Shown here: one piece after another, positions 38,282 to 48,168 of the stretch | Layout: each line of letters opens with the position of its first letter | Numbering within the stretch: the first letter of the stretch is position 1 | Assembly: GCA_964539385.1 (NCBI GenBank) | Contig: CAZIJC010000008.1 | Location: 1-62,150 of the forward strand | DNA length: 62,150 nt | Direction: 5' to 3' | Source of the DNA: an uncultured Anaerolineales bacterium | Lineage (GTDB): Bacteria > Planctomycetota > Phycisphaerae > FEN-1346 | Notes under the pieces: model-generated | What the model was told of the DNA's origin: nothing | Database searches by the model: none | What the model saw: the letters and a program-made list of their open reading frames with translations, nothing else | Made by a program: the position numbers and the translations under genes

Positions 38282-38310
38282 TTGACTTCCGCTCGCCGGC
38301 CGGGTATCGT
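38282..38310 (+). promoter_or_regulatory. sigma70-type promoter of kdsB-pyrG
   Basis: TTGACT-17 nt-TATCGT. Confidence 0.5.
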
Positions 38311-38373
38311 AATACACCCATAAGGGCTAGCCCTGAGCCCACGTTCCCGGGACGTCTTGCTGGCGCCAGACGC

Positions 38374-39114
38374 ATGGTTATTTGTGTTATCCCCGCCCGA
38401 TATGGGTCCAAACGATTCCCCGGGAAACCTCTCGCATCCGACACCGGCAAGCCCCTCATCCAGCACGTCTGCGAGGCGGCCGCAGGTGCGACGCGGGTCG
38501 ATGCCGTCCTGGTGGCCACCGACGACGAGCGCATCCGCGACGCCGTCGAAGCCTTCGGCGGCCGCGCCGTCATGACCGCCTCCGGGCACCCGTGCGGGAC
38601 GAACCGCGTGGCGGAGGCGGCCGAGGCGTTTCCCGACGCACGCATCGTCATCAACTTCCAGGGCGACGAGCCCGAACTCGACCCGGCGCTGCTCGACCGT
38701 CTGGTCGAAGCGTTCGACGCCGACCCGTCGCTTGAGGCCGCCACGCTCGCCGGCCCGCTCGTACCCGACGAGGCGACCGACCCGAACGCCGTGAAGGTCG
38801 TCGTGGGGGCAGGCGGCGACGCCCTCTACTTCTCTCGCGCCCCGATTCCCTGGGCCCGAGACGGCCAGGCCGCACGGCGAGCGCCGATGCTCAAGCACTT
38901 CGGCATCTACGCGTTCCGTGCGGCGGCGCTTCGCGCTTGCGCCGCCATGCCGCAGACGCCCCTGGAGGTGACCGAAAAACTGGAGCAACTCCGGTGGCTC
39001 GAGAACGGCCGCCGCATGCGCGTCATCGTTACGAGCGAGCGTCCCGGCGGCATCGACACGCCCGAGTCCTACGCCGCTTTCGTTGCACGATACCGTAAGG
39101 CCAACCCGACGTGA
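38374..39114 (+). CDS. kdsB: 3-deoxy-manno-octulosonate cytidylyltransferase
   Basis: IPARYGSKRFPGKPL, VATDDERI, GTNRVAEA, NFQGDEP, LYFSRAPIP, EKLEQLRWLENG. Confidence 0.95.
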   Translation: MVICVIPARYGSKRFPGKPLASDTGKPLIQHVCEAAAGATRVDAVLVATDDERIRDAVEAFGGRAVMTASGHPCGTNRVAEAAEAFPDARIVINFQGDEPELDPALLDRLVEAFDADPSLEAATLAGPLVPDEATDPNAVKVVVGAGGDALYFSRAPIPWARDGQAARRAPMLKHFGIYAFRAAALRACAAMPQTPLEVTEKLEQLRWLENGRRMRVIVTSERPGGIDTPESYAAFVARYRKANPT

Positions 39115-39124
39115 GAGGCGCCTG

Positions 39125-40870
39125 ATGCCGGCAACCGAACTGTTCCGCGACATCGCCAATCAGACCGGGGAGACGGAGTTCTTCACGCCGGTGCCCGACG
39201 GCTACCAGCCCGGCCGCACCAAGTACGTGATCGTCTTCGGCACGGTGATGAGCGGTCTGGGCAAGGGCATCTTCGCCTCCAGTCTGGCCAAACTGCTCCA
39301 GGACCGGGGCCTGCGGGTTGCGCCGATCAAACTCGAAGGCTACCTCAACATCGACTCCGGCACACTCAACCCGTACCGCCACGGCGAGGTCTTCGTTCTC
39401 GACGACGGCATGGAGACCGACATGGACCTGGGCACGTACGAGCGGATGCTCGACCAGGACCTGACGCGGGACAACTTTGTGACGAACGGCCAGATCTTCT
39501 GGGCCGTCCTCGAACGCGAACGGCGCGGCGAGTACCTCGGACGCGACGTCCAGATCCTGCCACACGTCACGGGCGAAGTGAAACGCAAACTCCGCGACCT
39601 GGCCGTCAAGACCGCGGCCGACGTCGTCTTCGTCGAGATCGGCGGCACCGCGGGCGACTTCGAGAACGCCTGCTACATCGAGGCGATGAGGGAACTGGCC
39701 TACGAGGAAGGACCGGAGAACGTCTGTTTCGTCGCCCTGACGTTCATCCTCGAACCCAGCATCCTCGGCGAACAGAAATCCAAGGCCGCTCAACTCGGCA
39801 TCAAGCGCCTGCTGGAGATGGGCATCCAGCCGCACATCATCGCCTGCCGCGCCGCCAAGCCCGTTACCGACAAGATTCGCGAGAAACTCTCGATCTACAC
39901 CAGCGTGCCCATGTCGCGCGTCATCTCGATGCACGACGAGTCGTCCATCTACCTGCTGCCCACGCGCCTGCAGCGCGACCAGGTGGACCGGCAGGTCGTC
40001 CACATTCTGAACCTGAACGACCGCGTGGACCCGCGCGCCGAGCAGAAGGGCACGCGCACGTGGGAGGGGTTCTGCCGCCGTATCCGCGACCCGAAACACG
40101 AGGTCACGATCGCCGTCACCGGCAAGTACACCGCCGTCCGCGACAGTTACGCCAGTTTGCTGAAGGCCGTCGAGCACGCCGGCGCCCGCCTCCAGACCCA
40201 CTGTAACGTCCGGTGGGTCGATACGACCGACCTGACCGAAGACGGTGCCGCCACCGCCCTGGAGGGTGCCGACGGCGTCATCGTGCCCGGCGGGTTCGGC
40301 GTCCGCGGCGCCGAGGGCAAGATCGCTTGCGTCCGCTACGCGCGCGAGAACGTCGTGCCGTATCTCGGTCTGTGTTTCGGCTTCCAGATGGCCGTCGTCG
40401 AGTTCGCGCGGAACGTGTGCGGCCTCCAGGGCGCCGACTCCACCGAGATCGCCGCCGGCACGCCGCACCCCGTCATCGACCTGCTGCCGGAGCAATACGA
40501 GGTCGAGGGGCTGGGCGGGACGATGCGCCTGGGCGGCAGCGACGTCGAGGTGGCCCCCGGCACGCTGGCCGCCAAGATGTTCGGCGGCGCCGAGACGGTC
40601 CGCCTCCGGTTCCGCCATCGGTACGAGGTCAACCCGGAGTACATCGACCGTCTCACGGGCGCCGGGCTGGTCTTTTCCGGCAAGGCGCCCGGTCAGCCGA
40701 TCATGCAGATTCTGGAACTCTCGGACCATCCGTACTTTGTCGCGACGCAGTCGCACCCGGAGTTCACGAGCCGGCCGCTCAGGCCCTCGCCGTTCTACAC
40801 GGGCCTGGTCGCCGCCGCCCTGGGACGAAATGCCGTTGGACCGGTCGATGCAAACCCAAGCAGGAGGTGA
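39125..40870 (+). CDS. pyrG: CTP synthase
   Basis: VMSGLGKG, YLNIDSGTLNPYRHGEVFV, DMDLGTYER, VPGGFG.RG, GLCFGFQ, RFRHRYEVN, QSHPEF. Confidence 0.97.
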   Translation: MPATELFRDIANQTGETEFFTPVPDGYQPGRTKYVIVFGTVMSGLGKGIFASSLAKLLQDRGLRVAPIKLEGYLNIDSGTLNPYRHGEVFVLDDGMETDMDLGTYERMLDQDLTRDNFVTNGQIFWAVLERERRGEYLGRDVQILPHVTGEVKRKLRDLAVKTAADVVFVEIGGTAGDFENACYIEAMRELAYEEGPENVCFVALTFILEPSILGEQKSKAAQLGIKRLLEMGIQPHIIACRAAKPVTDKIREKLSIYTSVPMSRVISMHDESSIYLLPTRLQRDQVDRQVVHILNLNDRVDPRAEQKGTRTWEGFCRRIRDPKHEVTIAVTGKYTAVRDSYASLLKAVEHAGARLQTHCNVRWVDTTDLTEDGAATALEGADGVIVPGGFGVRGAEGKIACVRYARENVVPYLGLCFGFQMAVVEFARNVCGLQGADSTEIAAGTPHPVIDLLPEQYEVEGLGGTMRLGGSDVEVAPGTLAAKMFGGAETVRLRFRHRYEVNPEYIDRLTGAGLVFSGKAPGQPIMQILELSDHPYFVATQSHPEFTSRPLRPSPFYTGLVAAALGRNAVGPVDANPSRR

Positions 40871-40876
40871 CAGCAC

Positions 40877-41305
40877 ATGACCGACGCAGACACAACACCC
40901 CCCGAACCGTCGGGCGCAGATCAGCCCCCGACCGAGGAACCCAAGATTCACGTGGATTCCGACTGGAAGCAGGAGGCCCAGGCCGAGAAAGAGCGCCTGG
41001 CACGCGAAGCCGAGACGGCCGAGCCGTCGGGGGCCGGCGGCCCGGAGGCCGAGCAGGCGCTGCCGGCAGCCTCGTTCGCGGGGCTCATTCAGATGCTTGC
41101 GACCCAGGCGGCCATCTTCATGTCCGACCAGCGGGACCCGCAAACCGGCCAGCCGCTCCGGCACCTTGACCTGGCGAAGCACAACATCGACCTGTTGGGT
41201 GTCCTGGAGGAAAAGACGAGGGGCAACCTGACCGACGACGAGAAGAAAGCGCTGGATCGCCTGCTCTATGAATTGCGCATGATGTACGTGAGCGCGGCGT
41301 CGTAG
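40877..41305 (+). CDS. DUF1844 domain protein
   Basis: IHVDSDWK, AKHNIDLLGVLEEKTRGNLT..E...L...LYELRM.YV. Confidence 0.9.
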   Translation: MTDADTTPPEPSGADQPPTEEPKIHVDSDWKQEAQAEKERLAREAETAEPSGAGGPEAEQALPAASFAGLIQMLATQAAIFMSDQRDPQTGQPLRHLDLAKHNIDLLGVLEEKTRGNLTDDEKKALDRLLYELRMMYVSAAS

Positions 41306-41375
41306 GCTTGCGGCGTCAACGTCGATGCCATATAGGCAAGTCGTAGCGCGGTGCATGCCGCCGGAAGGGCAGGGC

Positions 41376-42230
41376 ATGAGACGCGAGGAGACTGCGCACG
41401 TCGCCGTCGCAACGGTGGCGGCACTGGCGGGGCTGCTCGCCGGCTGCGGGGACGGCCAATCCGCCGACCGGGCCGAGCGGCCGTTGCTTACCGCGGAGCA
41501 GGAGATTCAGATCGGCCGGGCGGCGGCCCCCCATCTCGAACGGCTCGCCGGCGGGCGGCTTGAGAATCTCGCCGTCGAGGCCTACGTTCGCACCATCGGC
41601 CAGCGCGTGGCCCGGTCCACACCGAGGCGCGAACTGCCGTACCGGTTTGCCGTGCTCGACACCGCCGACGTCCGGGCCTTCGCGCTGCCCGGCGGATTGG
41701 TTTACCTGACTCGCGGCCTTCTGGCGAGCCTCAAGACCGAGAGCCAATTGGCGGCCGCGCTCGCCCATCAGTTGGCTCACATCAACGCGCGGCACGTGGT
41801 TCGGTCGCTGTGCGGCAAGTGCGGCAAGTGCGGCAAGGCGCTACTGCTGGACGCCGTCGCCGCCGCCCAGCCGACGACCGCCGGCAGCGATGCCCGCCGG
41901 CGCACCGAGACGCTTGCCCGTCTGGCCGAGGTGATCCACGAACACGAGTACGAGGCCGACACCGAGGCGGCGGCCGACCGCCTGGGGCTGGATTACCTCG
42001 TTGCCGCAGGCTACAATCCATCCGGCATGGTTGCCTTTCTGGAGGTTCCGGCGCGGAGCGCGGCGCCCGATGTGCCTGCCGCTCGCATCACGGATTCCGG
42101 CAGCCGCGCCGGCCGCATCCGTAGAATCGTCGAACAAAAATATCGGGGCTGCGGCGGCCGCGTGGCCGATGAAGAGTATAGAGGCGAGGTGCTCGACCGA
42201 CTTGGTGGCCCGATAGTCCCTGCTCGATGA
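41376..42230 (+). CDS. M48 (BepA/LoiP-like) metalloprotease-family lipoprotein with a degenerate active site
   Basis: Lipobox LAGC; QEIQIG, AFALPGGLVYLTRGLL, ESQLAAALAHQLAH, EAAADRLGL.Y...AGYNP. Confidence 0.85.
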   Translation: MRREETAHVAVATVAALAGLLAGCGDGQSADRAERPLLTAEQEIQIGRAAAPHLERLAGGRLENLAVEAYVRTIGQRVARSTPRRELPYRFAVLDTADVRAFALPGGLVYLTRGLLASLKTESQLAAALAHQLAHINARHVVRSLCGKCGKCGKALLLDAVAAAQPTTAGSDARRRTETLARLAEVIHEHEYEADTEAAADRLGLDYLVAAGYNPSGMVAFLEVPARSAAPDVPAARITDSGSRAGRIRRIVEQKYRGCGGRVADEEYRGEVLDRLGGPIVPAR

Positions 42231-42259
42231 TGGGCCGACGCCCTGAACGGAGAGGTTCC

Positions 42260-43258
42260 ATGCCGATGCCGAAGCGTCTTGGCTGGCTCGTTGCCCTGGC
42301 GGTTGTTCCGGCCTTAGCGGGCTGCGGCGGCGCCGCGGCGCTGCGCCGTGAGGCGGAGGCGACGTGCCGGCACCTGGCGGCCGCTCGCCGCAGCGAGCCG
42401 CGTGTGGAGATCGGCCCCGCCGAGCCGGCGCCTTCGGCCGACCGGCCCAGGTCGGTCGTTTACTTTGCGCCGCGCGAGGCGCCCGCTGCCCCGGCGGCCG
42501 CCGACGCGGCGCCTGCCGCCAGGACGGCGCCCGAGCGGCCGGCCGCGACGCCGGCGTCGATTGAGGCGGCCTCCTTCGGCGACGTCCTTAAGAGCGACCT
42601 TCGCGAAACGCCGCGACAAATCTGGAGCGGGACGAAACACGCCTTCGCCAAACCCGAAAACCTTCTCATCCTGGGCGCGGCGTTCGGCGCCGACCGCATC
42701 GTCCGGCACAACCTCGACAGCCGCATCCGCGACGACTTCCGCCACGACGACACGAGCCTTGACGAGACGGGCGATTTCGGCACGGTCATCGGCAACCCGG
42801 CCCTCCACTTCGGCATCGCCGGCGCGTGGTACCTCGGCGCCGTTCGTCAGGGCGACGCCAGGCACCACGCGATGAGCAAGACGATGATCGAGGCCCTGGC
42901 CGTCAACGCGCTCACGACCGGCCTGCTCAAGGTGTCGATGAACGATCGGTCGCCGAACGGCGAGAGGTACGGGTGGCCGTCGGGCCATACGTCGTCCTCG
43001 GTCTGTTTCGCGGCGGTGATGCACCAATACTACGGGTGGAAGGCCGGCGTGCCGTTGTACCTGCTGGCCGGCTATTCGGCCGCCACCCGCCTGGAGGACC
43101 GGGAACACGATCTGTCGGATCTGGTTTTCGGGGCGGCCCTCGGATGGGTGGTCGGTCACAGTGTTGCCAAGGGCGAGTTGCCCGAAGTCGCCGGGTTCCA
43201 CGTCTTGCCGTACGGCGGGCCGGGGGCGGGCGGCCTCATGCTCATGAAGCAATGGTAA
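42260..43258 (+). CDS. PAP2 family phosphatase, lipoprotein-like N-terminus
   Basis: LAGC lipobox; LLK.....SP, WPSGHTS, TRLEDREHDLSDLVFG. Confidence 0.85.
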   Translation: MPMPKRLGWLVALAVVPALAGCGGAAALRREAEATCRHLAAARRSEPRVEIGPAEPAPSADRPRSVVYFAPREAPAAPAAADAAPAARTAPERPAATPASIEAASFGDVLKSDLRETPRQIWSGTKHAFAKPENLLILGAAFGADRIVRHNLDSRIRDDFRHDDTSLDETGDFGTVIGNPALHFGIAGAWYLGAVRQGDARHHAMSKTMIEALAVNALTTGLLKVSMNDRSPNGERYGWPSGHTSSSVCFAAVMHQYYGWKAGVPLYLLAGYSAATRLEDREHDLSDLVFGAALGWVVGHSVAKGELPEVAGFHVLPYGGPGAGGLMLMKQW

Positions 43259-43333
43259 CGGGTGCGAAGGCGTCCGGCGAATCGTCCGAACCCGCCGCCT
43301 CCGACGGCGGGTTGTCTTTGAGGTAATCGACCC

Positions 43334-44851
43334 ATGCGACAGGCCGCCCTCGTCATCGGGTTGCTGGCCTTCACCATCGGGCCATGCGAGAAGCCGGTGC
43401 CCGAACCGACCGCCGACGCGCCGCCGATCCTGGTCACGGGCAACCTCAACAACCTCTACGTTGCCGTCGCGGGGCGGGACGCCGACGTCTCGGGCTTTCG
43501 ATACTGGCAGAGGGACGCCCAGGGGATGTGGCACGAGGGACGATTCGCCCGCGGCAGCCCTGCGGCGGTGGCCGCCTGGCGCGAGGACCTGCTCGTCTTC
43601 TTCCCGAGCGGCCGCTGGGGACGGTTCGGCCTCGGCCGGCCCGTGATCGAGCCGTCGCCGGTCCAGGCCTGGACGCCGGTTGCGGCCTGCGAAGACGGCA
43701 CCAGCGCCGACGCCTTCGGCTACAACAGCGCGGGCGACCCGTTCTACGCCAGGTACCAGGACGGCACGTGGACGGCGGCGCAGGTGGAGGCGGGCGTCGA
43801 ACGTGAGAAGATGATGGACCCCCGGGCCGTTCGCTTCGGCGGCAGGCTCTTTCTGCTCTGGCGCGAGGAAGTGCCGACGCTGACCGGGCCGGCGCCGGAC
43901 GTGCGCCTTCGGTTCCTCACACTGGGCACTGACGGCTGGCACGGGCCGATTACGTCGCGCCTGCGCGTGGGGTCGGCACTGCATGTGGCGGCCGATGACG
44001 AGACGATGGTGGGCCTCTTCCTGAAAGACGCCCCCGACCAGACCGCCGGGCAATGGATGCTGGCCACGTACGCGGTCGCCGACGAGGACTGGCACGAGAT
44101 AGGCCCGGTTACCGGGACGGTGCCCCGGGGGCCCGTCGGGCTGGGGCGGTCGGGCCCGCACTTTTTCGTTGCCGCCATCGCCGACGCCGAGCCCGTCGTT
44201 GCGCCGTTGGACGTGGCCGGCGCGCGGGTCGGAGCGTTCACGCCGGTGGGTGCCCGGGCGCGCGCTGCCGACGGGGACGGGACCGGCTACGGGCCGCTTC
44301 TGCTGTTCACCTTTACGGCGTTTGCCGCACTGCTGATCCTGGCGAGTTGGCGCCGAGGGCGAGCGGCGGCGCCGCCGCCCGTCGAAGGGCAAGACCTCGT
44401 CCACGCGCCGTTGCTGAGGCGTGCCGTGGCGATCGGAATCGACTACCTGGCGGTCAGCCTGCTCGTCGTGCCGGTCATGGTCGAACTGCTGCCGGAGATG
44501 CCGGACCAACTGCTTCGGGGCGAGCCGATCCCCTGGCGGGAGATGGCGGTGCTGCACCTCGTCCGGCTGGGCGTCATCCTGGTTTACTTCACGCTCGCCG
44601 AGGCCGTCTCGGGCCGGACACTGGGCAAGGCGCTGATGAGGCTCCAGGTCCGCAGCGAGTCGGGCGCTCCCGTCTCGGCGTGGCAGGCGCTCGTGAGAAC
44701 GCTGCTGCGCCCCGTCGATGAATTGCCCGCCCTGTACCTGGTGGGCCTGGTCCTGATCCTGAGCGGCGCGAAGCGCCAGCGTCTTGGCGATCGTCTTGCC
44801 CACACCGTCGTAGTCGTGTCGAAACGTACCGAGCCCGCCGCCGGATCCTGA
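43334..44851 (+). CDS. RDD family membrane protein with a large extracytoplasmic beta-rich domain
   Basis: LLRRAVAIGID, YFTLAE..SGRTLGKALM.L.V, ALVRTLLRPVD, QRLGDRLAHTVVV. Confidence 0.88.
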   Translation: MRQAALVIGLLAFTIGPCEKPVPEPTADAPPILVTGNLNNLYVAVAGRDADVSGFRYWQRDAQGMWHEGRFARGSPAAVAAWREDLLVFFPSGRWGRFGLGRPVIEPSPVQAWTPVAACEDGTSADAFGYNSAGDPFYARYQDGTWTAAQVEAGVEREKMMDPRAVRFGGRLFLLWREEVPTLTGPAPDVRLRFLTLGTDGWHGPITSRLRVGSALHVAADDETMVGLFLKDAPDQTAGQWMLATYAVADEDWHEIGPVTGTVPRGPVGLGRSGPHFFVAAIADAEPVVAPLDVAGARVGAFTPVGARARAADGDGTGYGPLLLFTFTAFAALLILASWRRGRAAAPPPVEGQDLVHAPLLRRAVAIGIDYLAVSLLVVPVMVELLPEMPDQLLRGEPIPWREMAVLHLVRLGVILVYFTLAEAVSGRTLGKALMRLQVRSESGAPVSAWQALVRTLLRPVDELPALYLVGLVLILSGAKRQRLGDRLAHTVVVVSKRTEPAAGS

Positions 44852-45057
44852 TCCCTCCCCATGGGTGCTCCGCGCTGATGGGCGTGGAGTCGGCGCAACA
44901 AGTTCCCAAAAGGTGGATCGAGAAAATATTTTCTTTCCTTTCGACACTGGCCGTAATGCTCAACCGATAGTGGGCGGACGCGGCCGGACCTACCGTTTGT
45001 AGTATGCTGATCCAGCCTGCTTATTATCCGCTGACCTGGGGGGCCGGAAAAAAGGTC

Positions 45058-45090
45058 TTGACTCGTTTTTCTGGTGGTGTAGGGTGGGTG
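45058..45090 (+). promoter_or_regulatory. Candidate dcw promoter with MraZ-box-like GTGG repeats
   Basis: TTGACT at 45058; GTGG at 45074 and 45084 (10-bp period) overlapping a weak -10. Confidence 0.4.
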
Positions 45091-45209
45091 ATGAAGACGA
45101 TGAAAACTGCTGCAAAACAAGTCGTGCGCCCCACCCACGCCGAGCCGGCGCGGGTCGCCCTGTTGCCCGGGGCGTGAGGGCGGGGAAGCCCAGCAGTGGG
45201 GAGTCAGGC

Positions 45210-45701
45210 GTGGCAGACCTGAACGGGCACTACTTTCACACGCTTGATGCCAAGTCTCGGCTGACGATCCCGGCCAGACTGCGCGCGGGCATTAACCGAA
45301 GGAGAGAGGGCTACGGCTTCGTCGCCATCTGCAACTTGGATAATGCGTTGTCTCTCTATACGCCGAGCCGCTACGAGGAAATCGCTCCGCAGTTCGACGC
45401 GAGTTCGCGAACGGACCCCAACGTGCGGAACTTCGAACTGATAACCTATGGCTTGGCGGTAGACCTTGAGATGGACCGGATGGGCCGCGTCCTGATCCCG
45501 GACAACCTGATGGAGGAGTGCGGCCTCTCGGCTAGAGAGGTGGTCGTCGCTGGCGTCAAGGATCACATTGAGGTATGGCCGAGCGACAGGTGGGAGTCGC
45601 ATATCAAGGAGCAGAAGGCGAAGCGGGCCGCACTGGCGAAGCAGGTGCTGATGCACAAGAAGAAGAAGGCGCCGCCGCCGGCGGAAGAAGGTTCCCCATA
45701 G
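45210..45701 (+). CDS. mraZ: Division/cell wall cluster transcriptional repressor MraZ
   Basis: GHYFHTLDAKSRLTIPA and MDRMGRVLIP (two DxxxRxxIP), VVVAGVKDHIEVW. Confidence 0.93.
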   Translation: MADLNGHYFHTLDAKSRLTIPARLRAGINRRREGYGFVAICNLDNALSLYTPSRYEEIAPQFDASSRTDPNVRNFELITYGLAVDLEMDRMGRVLIPDNLMEECGLSAREVVVAGVKDHIEVWPSDRWESHIKEQKAKRAALAKQVLMHKKKKAPPPAEEGSP

Positions 45702-45874
45702 CCCCCTTGGGGGTTGCCTGGGTCGCTTAGGCGACCCGGGCGGCCCTTTATTGAAAAGTGAACGGCTGCGAGAGCGAGGGCGCCGGTCGGACTCGTGCCG
45801 GCGCCGCGACCGGATCCGATGCCGGCGAGGTCCAGCGAGGGGCACCTTGCGGCACGAGGCGCGGGAGGTGAAAC

Positions 45875-46114
45875 GTGCAACGACATGCGGACGCACAAGG
45901 TTGGGACGTGCTGCGACAGGCGATGGAAGCGCCCAACGCGGAGGCGTATCTGGCAGAGGGCGGGCGGCACCGCGAGGTGCGCCGGCTCCAGACGCGTCTG
46001 CGGCAGCTCCAGTCGCGCGGCGGCGCGTATCGCGGCGTGGAACTCAGCGACGACGTCGGCGCACTGCTCGCACGCCTGGAAGCAGGGGCCGCGCTGAGCA
46101 CATTGGTGCATTGA
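45875..46114 (+). CDS. 79-aa hypothetical protein between mraZ and rsmH
   Basis: Strong SD GGAGGTG at 45864-45870 before GTG; helical composition; stops 18 nt before rsmH. Confidence 0.55.
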   Translation: MQRHADAQGWDVLRQAMEAPNAEAYLAEGGRHREVRRLQTRLRQLQSRGGAYRGVELSDDVGALLARLEAGAALSTLVH

Positions 46115-46132
46115 CTGTAAGGTGGGGTCCGC

Positions 46133-47041
46133 GTGGGGACGCAAGCCGGGCATGTGCCGGTCATGCTCGAGGAGGTGATCGAGCATCTGGCGCCCCGGCC
46201 CGGTCAGGTTATCCTTGACGGAACGGCCGGGGGCGGGGGGTACGCGGCGGCGTTGCTCGAGCGGATTCGGCCCGGTGGCCGACTCGTCTTGCTGGATCGG
46301 GATAGTGGGGCCCTGGAGCGTTTGATCGCCCGATTCGGGCGCTGCGGGGATGTCAGGTATTTTCACGCCAACTTCTGCGATTTCGACGAGGTGCTGTCCG
46401 AAATCGAGCAGGAGCAAATCGACGGTGCCACACTTGACTTGGGACTTTCGAGTCCGCAACTGGCCGACGCGGACAGGGGATTCAGTTTCGAGGCGCCCGG
46501 CCTGCTCGACATGCGTTACGACCGGAGCCAGGCGCTCACGGCCGCCGAGATCGTCAACCACTGGCCCGCCGACCGCCTGGCCTCGATCTTCCGCGATTAC
46601 GGCGACCAGCCGTTTGCCAGGCGGATCGCGAAGGCCATCATCCGGGCGCGGCGCCGCCGCTCGATCCGCCGGACCGATGAGTTGGCCGAGACGGTGGCTG
46701 CGGCGGTCCCGGCGGCCTGGCGAAGAAAGCAGAAGATTCATCCGGCAACTCGCGTCTTTCAATCGATTCGAATCGCCGTTAATAATGAATACGGCAGCCT
46801 GAACACGTTCCTTGACAAGATATTTGACTACATAAAACCCGGCGGCCGCGTGGCCATCGTCGCGTTCCACAGCGGAGAGGACCGCATCGTGAAGACCCGT
46901 TTTCGCGAGGCGGCGAGCAGGGGCCTGGTAACGCTGCCCGTCACCAGGCCGATTACGCCTACGCCACGGGAGGTGAAGGCGAACCCGCGCTCGCGCAGCG
47001 GTCGTCTAAGAGTTGCCGTCCGCCTCGCCGCCGCCGGTTGA
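46133..47041 (+). CDS. rsmH: 16S rRNA m4C1402 methyltransferase
   Basis: HVPVMLEE, DGTAGGGG, DLGLSSPQL...RGFSF, LDMRYD, ATRVFQSIRIAVNNE, FHSGEDRIVK, NPRSRS. Confidence 0.97.
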   Translation: MGTQAGHVPVMLEEVIEHLAPRPGQVILDGTAGGGGYAAALLERIRPGGRLVLLDRDSGALERLIARFGRCGDVRYFHANFCDFDEVLSEIEQEQIDGATLDLGLSSPQLADADRGFSFEAPGLLDMRYDRSQALTAAEIVNHWPADRLASIFRDYGDQPFARRIAKAIIRARRRRSIRRTDELAETVAAAVPAAWRRKQKIHPATRVFQSIRIAVNNEYGSLNTFLDKIFDYIKPGGRVAIVAFHSGEDRIVKTRFREAASRGLVTLPVTRPITPTPREVKANPRSRSGRLRVAVRLAAAG

Positions 47042-47142
47042 GCATAGAGAGGACGCCTTCCCGGAGCGTTGCCGGCCCGCGGGGCTGCGGGGGCGTCGAA
47101 CGTGGGGATCCGTGGGGCACGCCGCATAGAAGAGGTGAGGAT

Positions 47143-48168
47143 ATGACCGTGGGGAGAGAAACCAAGGTTGGACTGTTGGTAGGTATCATCTTTATTGGAC
47201 TCTTTGGCCTGATTCTGGGTGGTCGGGCCGGGTCGGCTACACAGGAGCACGCGGCCTTGCCTGTTGGCGAGAGCGAGGTCCACGGCGCGCTGGCCCAGAC
47301 GATTCATCGCACGATTGACCCGTTTGCGCAGGATGGGCCACTGGATATACACGGTCCGGATACGCCGCCGGCTTCCGATGATGTCGTGACCGGCGACGAG
47401 TCGTTGCCCGTGCCGGAGTCTCTGCCGTTCAAGGAACCGGAGTTTGATGACAGCGCCGAGCCCGCCGAGCCCGCCGGGACCGACGATTTCGGCCTGGTGG
47501 CGTTCCTGCCGGAAACGGTGAAGACGCCGATGGGCGACCCGACGCCCGGCGGCGGGGAGGCCGGGGATGCCGGAGGAAAGGTCGCCTTCACGCGCGAGCC
47601 GCCACCGGCGCCGGCCGAGCAAGCGTCCCGCCCGGTCCACACGGTGCGCCGCGGCCAGACTCTGACCGCCATCGCTCGCGAGCATTACGGCAAGGACGGC
47701 CAGCGCCTGTGGCGGCGGATCTGGGAGGCCAACAAGGAGGCGGTTCCCGATCCGCACCGTCTGGCACAGGGGCAGAAACTGGTGATCCCGAAACTGCCGG
47801 TCCGTCTGCGGCCGGCAGCGCGCGAAGCGGCCATCGCCAAGGCGCCCGAGGCCGCTCCGTCAGACGTGTCCGGTCGCGACGGCGTCCCCGCCGTGACCGC
47901 CGACGAGTTGGGCCAGATGCTCGGCAATCGATCGGACCTGCTTGAGCGGCAGGCCAAACCGCCGGCTATGTACGAGGTGCGCAAGGGCGACACGTTCTAT
48001 CGGATCGCCACCAACCTGTACGGCGACGGCCGTCTTGCCCGGTTGCTCTTCCTCAAGAACAGGCATCTGGTTGCGGATGAGACGAAACTGCAAATCGGCC
48101 AGCGAATCGTGCTGCTGGATGGCGCGCGAGCGACCCCGGCGCCCGATTTGAGGATCGCTCGGCGATGA
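47143..48168 (+). CDS. Bitopic membrane protein with two LysM domains
   Basis: ETKVGLLVG TM; acidic Pro-rich linker; HTVRRGQTLTAIAREHYG..IWEAN and YEVRKGDTFYRIATNLYG. Confidence 0.9.
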   Translation: MTVGRETKVGLLVGIIFIGLFGLILGGRAGSATQEHAALPVGESEVHGALAQTIHRTIDPFAQDGPLDIHGPDTPPASDDVVTGDESLPVPESLPFKEPEFDDSAEPAEPAGTDDFGLVAFLPETVKTPMGDPTPGGGEAGDAGGKVAFTREPPPAPAEQASRPVHTVRRGQTLTAIAREHYGKDGQRLWRRIWEANKEAVPDPHRLAQGQKLVIPKLPVRLRPAAREAAIAKAPEAAPSDVSGRDGVPAVTADELGQMLGNRSDLLERQAKPPAMYEVRKGDTFYRIATNLYGDGRLARLLFLKNRHLVADETKLQIGQRIVLLDGARATPAPDLRIARR

